Below, piece after piece: positions 60,290 through 64,000 of a DNA stretch of 64,000 nt; position 1 is the first letter of the stretch, and every line of letters begins with the position of its first letter. The notes under the pieces are model-generated. The model was given only the letters and a program-made list of their open reading frames with translations. It ran no database searches and was not told the DNA's origin. This DNA comes from Elusimicrobiota bacterium (GTDB taxonomy: Bacteria > Elusimicrobiota > Elusimicrobia > Elusimicrobiales > UBA9959). Location of the stretch: contig JAINCQ010000018.1 of the NCBI GenBank assembly GCA_036574205.1, positions 64,001 through 128,000 on the forward strand, given 5' to 3'. The translations under genes were made by a program, and so were the position numbers.

Positions 60290-61072
60290 TCAGCTTAAAC
60301 TTTCAATAAAATTATCAAGAGGTGAAGAAGCTTTTGCATAATCTTCTTCTTTTAAAATTCCCATTTCATAGGCCAATCTTCCTGCTTCGACTGCTTTTTC
60401 AATTGCTATGGCCATTTTAACAGGGTCTTTTGCTATTGCTATAGCTGTATTTACTAAAACTGCTTCCGCTCCCATTTCCATTGCCATTGCGGCGTGAGAT
60501 GGCCTTCCGATCCCAGCATCAATTATGACTGGAATTTTTAATTCTTTTATCATTGGGGTTATTAATTCTTTTGCTACTATTCCCTTGTTTGTTCCTATGA
60601 AAGACCCCAGAGGCATAACAGAAACTGCCCCCGCATTTTCAAGTTTTTTAGCAACTACAATATCCGGGCTTATATACGGAAATACCTTAAATCCTTTTTT
60701 AGCGAGATATTTAGTTGCTTTTAGAGTTTCATTATTATCCGGCGCAAGATATTTTGAATCAACCTCTATCTCCACCTTTATCCAATCTGTTCTGGTTATT
60801 TCAGCACCAATCTCAGCTATTTTTATAGCCTCTCTGGCATTTCTGGCTCCAGAAGTGTTTACCATTATTACTGTATCTTTTGGAATGTAATCCAGAATGT
60901 TTTCATGTTTTAATTCTGGATTTATTCTTCTAACAGCCACAGTGATAACATTTATTTTAGTTTTCTTTAAAATCTTTGGTATTAGAGAGTAAGAGGAAAG
61001 TTTTCCAGTTCCTATGAAAAGTCTGGAAGTAAGATTTTTGCCAGCTATTTTCACATTATCCTCCACCAACAA
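60290..61072 (-). CDS. thiG: Thiazole synthase
   Basis: SRLFIGTGK, WIKVE, VMPLGS, DAGIG, VLVNTAIA. Confidence 0.96.
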   Translation of the reverse strand: MLVEDNVKIAGKNLTSRLFIGTGKLSSYSLIPKILKKTKINVITVAVRRINPELKHENILDYIPKDTVIMVNTSGARNAREAIKIAEIGAEITRTDWIKVEIEVDSKYLAPDNNETLKATKYLAKKGFKVFPYISPDIVVAKKLENAGAVSVMPLGSFIGTNKGIVAKELITPMIKELKIPVIIDAGIGRPSHAAMAMEMGAEAVLVNTAIAIAKDPVKMAIAIEKAVEAGRLAYEMGILKEEDYAKASSPLDNFIESLS

Positions 61073-61238
61073 AGCTAACTATCTCAACCTTATCACCATC
61101 TTTTAATTTAAAGTTTTTCCAATCTTTTTGGGTTACTATATTGCCATTTACCAGAACACATATCCCTTTCTGTTTTTTAGATAAAATTTTTATTAGACTT
61201 TTTGGATTTTCAATCTTTTTTCCATTAATGGTTATCAT
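61056..61238 (-). CDS. thiS: Sulfur carrier protein ThiS
   Basis: 60 aa ending GDKVEIVSFVGGG. Confidence 0.95.
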   Translation of the reverse strand: MITINGKKIENPKSLIKILSKKQKGICVLVNGNIVTQKDWKNFKLKDGDKVEIVSFVGGG

Positions 61239-61340
61239 AATAATATTATACTAATATAACCTGCCTTAAGATTAGCGTTAGCAAATGTATTTGTTGTCTG
61301 ATATTAATTTTGTTATAACAAACTTTTATATAATTTTATT

Positions 61341-62609
61341 ATGAAAGTTCAAATATATGATGTAGCAATAATTGGTGGTGGCGCAAGCGGAGTGGTTTCC
61401 GCTTGTATTGTCTCAAATAAACTAAAAACTATTATTTTAGAAAAAAACTTAAAGCTTGGCAGAAAAATTCTATCAAGTGGGGCTGGAAAATGCAACCTTT
61501 CAAACAGTAATATATCCATTGATTTTTATAAAACCTCAGAACCAGAAATATTAAAAAAGATATTTCAAAAAATACCTTATCAAACTATAATTGATTTTCT
61601 CAATTCAGAAATTGGAATAATGACTAAAATATTAGATAATGGAAAGATATACCCTTTTTCAGAAAGAGCGGAAAGCGTTATTTTTGCTTTTGAATCTTAT
61701 TTAAAGCAAAAAAATGTTGATATTAAAACATTGACTTATGTTGAAGATGTAGAATATCAAGATGAAGTTTTTAAAATAACTGCAAAAACATTGCCATTAC
61801 AATGGGAAAAGAAAAATTTATCATCTCAAAAACTTACTTTCTTTGCTAAAAATCTTATTCTTTCTACAGGGGGACCATCTTATCCAAGAATTGGAGGAAC
61901 TGATTTTGGATTTAAAATAGCCAAAAAGTTTGGACATAGTATTAAAGAACCATTACCAATATTAGTGCCTCTTTCAGTTGGCTCGCCAAGACTTTTAGAA
62001 TTAAGTGGTGTTAGAATTACAGCAGGTTGCATTTTTAATTTTAAAGCAAAAAAAATTTTTTTAAAGGATGAGCTTCTTTTTACAGACTATGGTATATCAG
62101 GTCCTATTGCTATTGATATCTCTTTTTACATGGATGATTATATAGATCAGATTTCATTTGATCTTGCTCCATCCATTGATAAAGAAGAGATTTTTAATTT
62201 TATGAGGAATAGAATTGAAAAGAATAGTTTTTCAATAGCAGAGTTATTTTTTCCTGTTTTTGAGCCAAAACTTATAAATTTTATATGTCAAAAACTAAAA
62301 CTGGACAAAAACCTGAAGGCCAATGAAAAAATAATTAAAAAGATTATAGATGAAATAAAAAACTTTAAAGTTTATGGAATAAAAAAACTTTCATTTGAAT
62401 CGGCGATGTCTAAAATTGGCGGGGTGCCATTAAGCGAGGTGGATTTGAATTTTGAATCAAAAAAGCAAAAAAAACTATTTTTAACAGGTGAGATTCTTGA
62501 CTGTGGTGGGAAATCTGGTGGATATAACTTCCATTTTGCTTTTACCACCGCTTATTCTGCTGCAATGAAGATATTAGAAAACAGCCATCCATTGGGTATC
62601 AAAGATTAA
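61341..62609 (+). CDS. HI0933/BaiN family flavoprotein
   Basis: IIGGGASG, GRKILSSGAGKCN, TGGPSYP, GEILD...GGYNF. Confidence 0.92.
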   Translation: MKVQIYDVAIIGGGASGVVSACIVSNKLKTIILEKNLKLGRKILSSGAGKCNLSNSNISIDFYKTSEPEILKKIFQKIPYQTIIDFLNSEIGIMTKILDNGKIYPFSERAESVIFAFESYLKQKNVDIKTLTYVEDVEYQDEVFKITAKTLPLQWEKKNLSSQKLTFFAKNLILSTGGPSYPRIGGTDFGFKIAKKFGHSIKEPLPILVPLSVGSPRLLELSGVRITAGCIFNFKAKKIFLKDELLFTDYGISGPIAIDISFYMDDYIDQISFDLAPSIDKEEIFNFMRNRIEKNSFSIAELFFPVFEPKLINFICQKLKLDKNLKANEKIIKKIIDEIKNFKVYGIKKLSFESAMSKIGGVPLSEVDLNFESKKQKKLFLTGEILDCGGKSGGYNFHFAFTTAYSAAMKILENSHPLGIKD

Positions 62610-62612
62610 AAC

Positions 62613-63731
62613 TTATTTTTGATTTATTTTCTGAACTTCTGTTTTTATTGAAGATATTATTGCTTCGGCTGATTTAACAGGATTTGGAAGATTAATATGA
62701 GAATATCCTTTTTTCATTACGGAAAGTCTGTTTCCTGAAATTATAAAGTCTATATTTTTCATTAAATTTTCTGGGAGTTTGTTATCATCTTTTAATATAA
62801 GAGCGGCATCTTTTTCAAATAGAATTCTTGCATTTTCCATTTGATGATTTTTAGCAGCGGATAAAAGCGGAATTAATATAGCAGGTTTTTGTTTGTATAT
62901 AAGCTCAGATATTGTCGATGCGCCTGATCTTGATATTATAAGATCGCTTATTTCATATATTTCATTCATATTTTCATAGTAGTCAAGAAGTATTATATTT
63001 TCGTCTAAAATCCCTGCTTTTTCATATCTTTTTTTTACATCCTCATAATTATTCTTTCCGGTTATATGGATCAGGGCTATGTTTTTTTTAGATTCAGTTT
63101 TATTTCTAAGAGCAAAGTAATATATGGCATTATTTATATTATATGATCCCTGACTCCCTCCAAAGCATGTTATTACAATTTGATCTTTTATTTTAAATTT
63201 TTCTTTTATACTATTAACATCTATTTGCTGATTGAAAAAATCTCTTAAAGGCGTTCCAATCAATTCTGTTTTTTTAGCAAATATGTTGTTTCTTATTGGA
63301 AGTCCTAAAAATATTTTTTTCGAGAAAAATCCGCATAAAAAATTACCTATTCCAAAAACTGAGTTTGATTCGTGAATAAAAATCGGAATTTTTTTAAGCC
63401 AGGCTAAAAAAATTATAGGAAACGCCACATAACTTCCTGTGCCAAATACTATATCAGGTTCAAAATCTTCAATTATTCTTTTTGAAAGAAGTAAAGACTT
63501 TATTAGTTTTAACATAAATCTTATATAAGAAAAAGGGTTCAAAGATCTTGGAAATGCTGTTATGTCCATTTCAACAAATGGAATATCATCTATTTTAAGC
63601 CTTGGGATAGAGATATCATTTTTTTTAACTATAAAAACGACTTCATCTCCCTGTGAGTCTAATTTTTTAGCTATAACATATCCCGGATAAAAATGGCCTC
63701 CTGTGCCTCCACCTGCAATTACTATTTTCAT
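62613..63731 (-). CDS. murG: UDP-GlcNAc:lipid I transferase MurG
   Basis: AGGGTGGH, HESN, GGSQGS, SRSGAST, HQMENA. Confidence 0.96.
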   Translation of the reverse strand: MKIVIAGGGTGGHFYPGYVIAKKLDSQGDEVVFIVKKNDISIPRLKIDDIPFVEMDITAFPRSLNPFSYIRFMLKLIKSLLLSKRIIEDFEPDIVFGTGSYVAFPIIFLAWLKKIPIFIHESNSVFGIGNFLCGFFSKKIFLGLPIRNNIFAKKTELIGTPLRDFFNQQIDVNSIKEKFKIKDQIVITCFGGSQGSYNINNAIYYFALRNKTESKKNIALIHITGKNNYEDVKKRYEKAGILDENIILLDYYENMNEIYEISDLIISRSGASTISELIYKQKPAILIPLLSAAKNHQMENARILFEKDAALILKDDNKLPENLMKNIDFIISGNRLSVMKKGYSHINLPNPVKSAEAIISSIKTEVQKINQK

Positions 63732-64000
63732 ATTCGTTTCCTTCTTAATGAAGCGTTAAGTATAAATCCCATTAAAATCATGGTTACGATTATTGAGGAA
63801 CCACCATATGAAAAAAATGGCAATGGTAATCCTTTTGTTGGTATCATCCCAACAGTCATTGCCATATTAAAAAATGCTTGAATTATTATTATAATTATAG
63901 AAGATATAGTAAGTATAGAAAGAAATGAACTTTTTGAGTTTTTAGCAATATTAACAGCTCTTAAAAAAATATAAACGAATACAAATATTATTAAAGTCGT
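63728..64000 (-). CDS. ftsW: Cell division protein FtsW (3' part)
   Basis: Minus strand reads QAFFNMAMTVGMIPTKGLPLPFFSYGGSS; stop overlaps the murG start. Confidence 0.92.
   Translation of the reverse strand, partial: TTLIIFVFVYIFLRAVNIAKNSKSSFLSILTISSIIIIIIQAFFNMAMTVGMIPTKGLPLPFFSYGGSSIIVTMILMGFILNASLRRKRI

Overview
AT-rich (visibly around 30% GC) chromosomal window from a diderm bacterium. The gene repertoire is reminiscent of Elusimicrobiota, but this is an inference and is not verifiable here. Most of the window is housekeeping: rpsO-pnp-accB-ftsK-lolA-pgsA-pgpA, glnA, cinA, ptrB, ppdK-gmk-rpoZ-udg-priA, tyrS-thpR-mltG, tRNA-Ala(CGC), asnS, crp-hisS-aspS-lipA-msrC, thiSGHFE and ftsW-murG. 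The accessory highlights are: (1) a complete 11.6-kb Pel-type exopolysaccharide operon (pelC-D-E-F-G-A plus a split pelB), flanked on both sides by the same repeat and by an IS30 remnant; (2) a five-copy, co-oriented family of nested palindromic mosaic repeats with filled and empty variants; (3) a candidate ~50-nt single-hairpin sRNA with a C-rich loop and its own promoter and terminator; (4) an HPr-like protein with Cys at the His15 position and Asp at the Ser46 position, downstream of a thioredoxin-fold gene; (5) a 16-bp palindromic site at almost the same distance upstream of two unlinked secreted serine proteases; (6) a helicase-dead PriA, several apparently leaderless genes, a candidate S15 leader and a homopolymer-frameshifted TPR gene. 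No CRISPR array, rRNA or intact transposase/integrase was seen.
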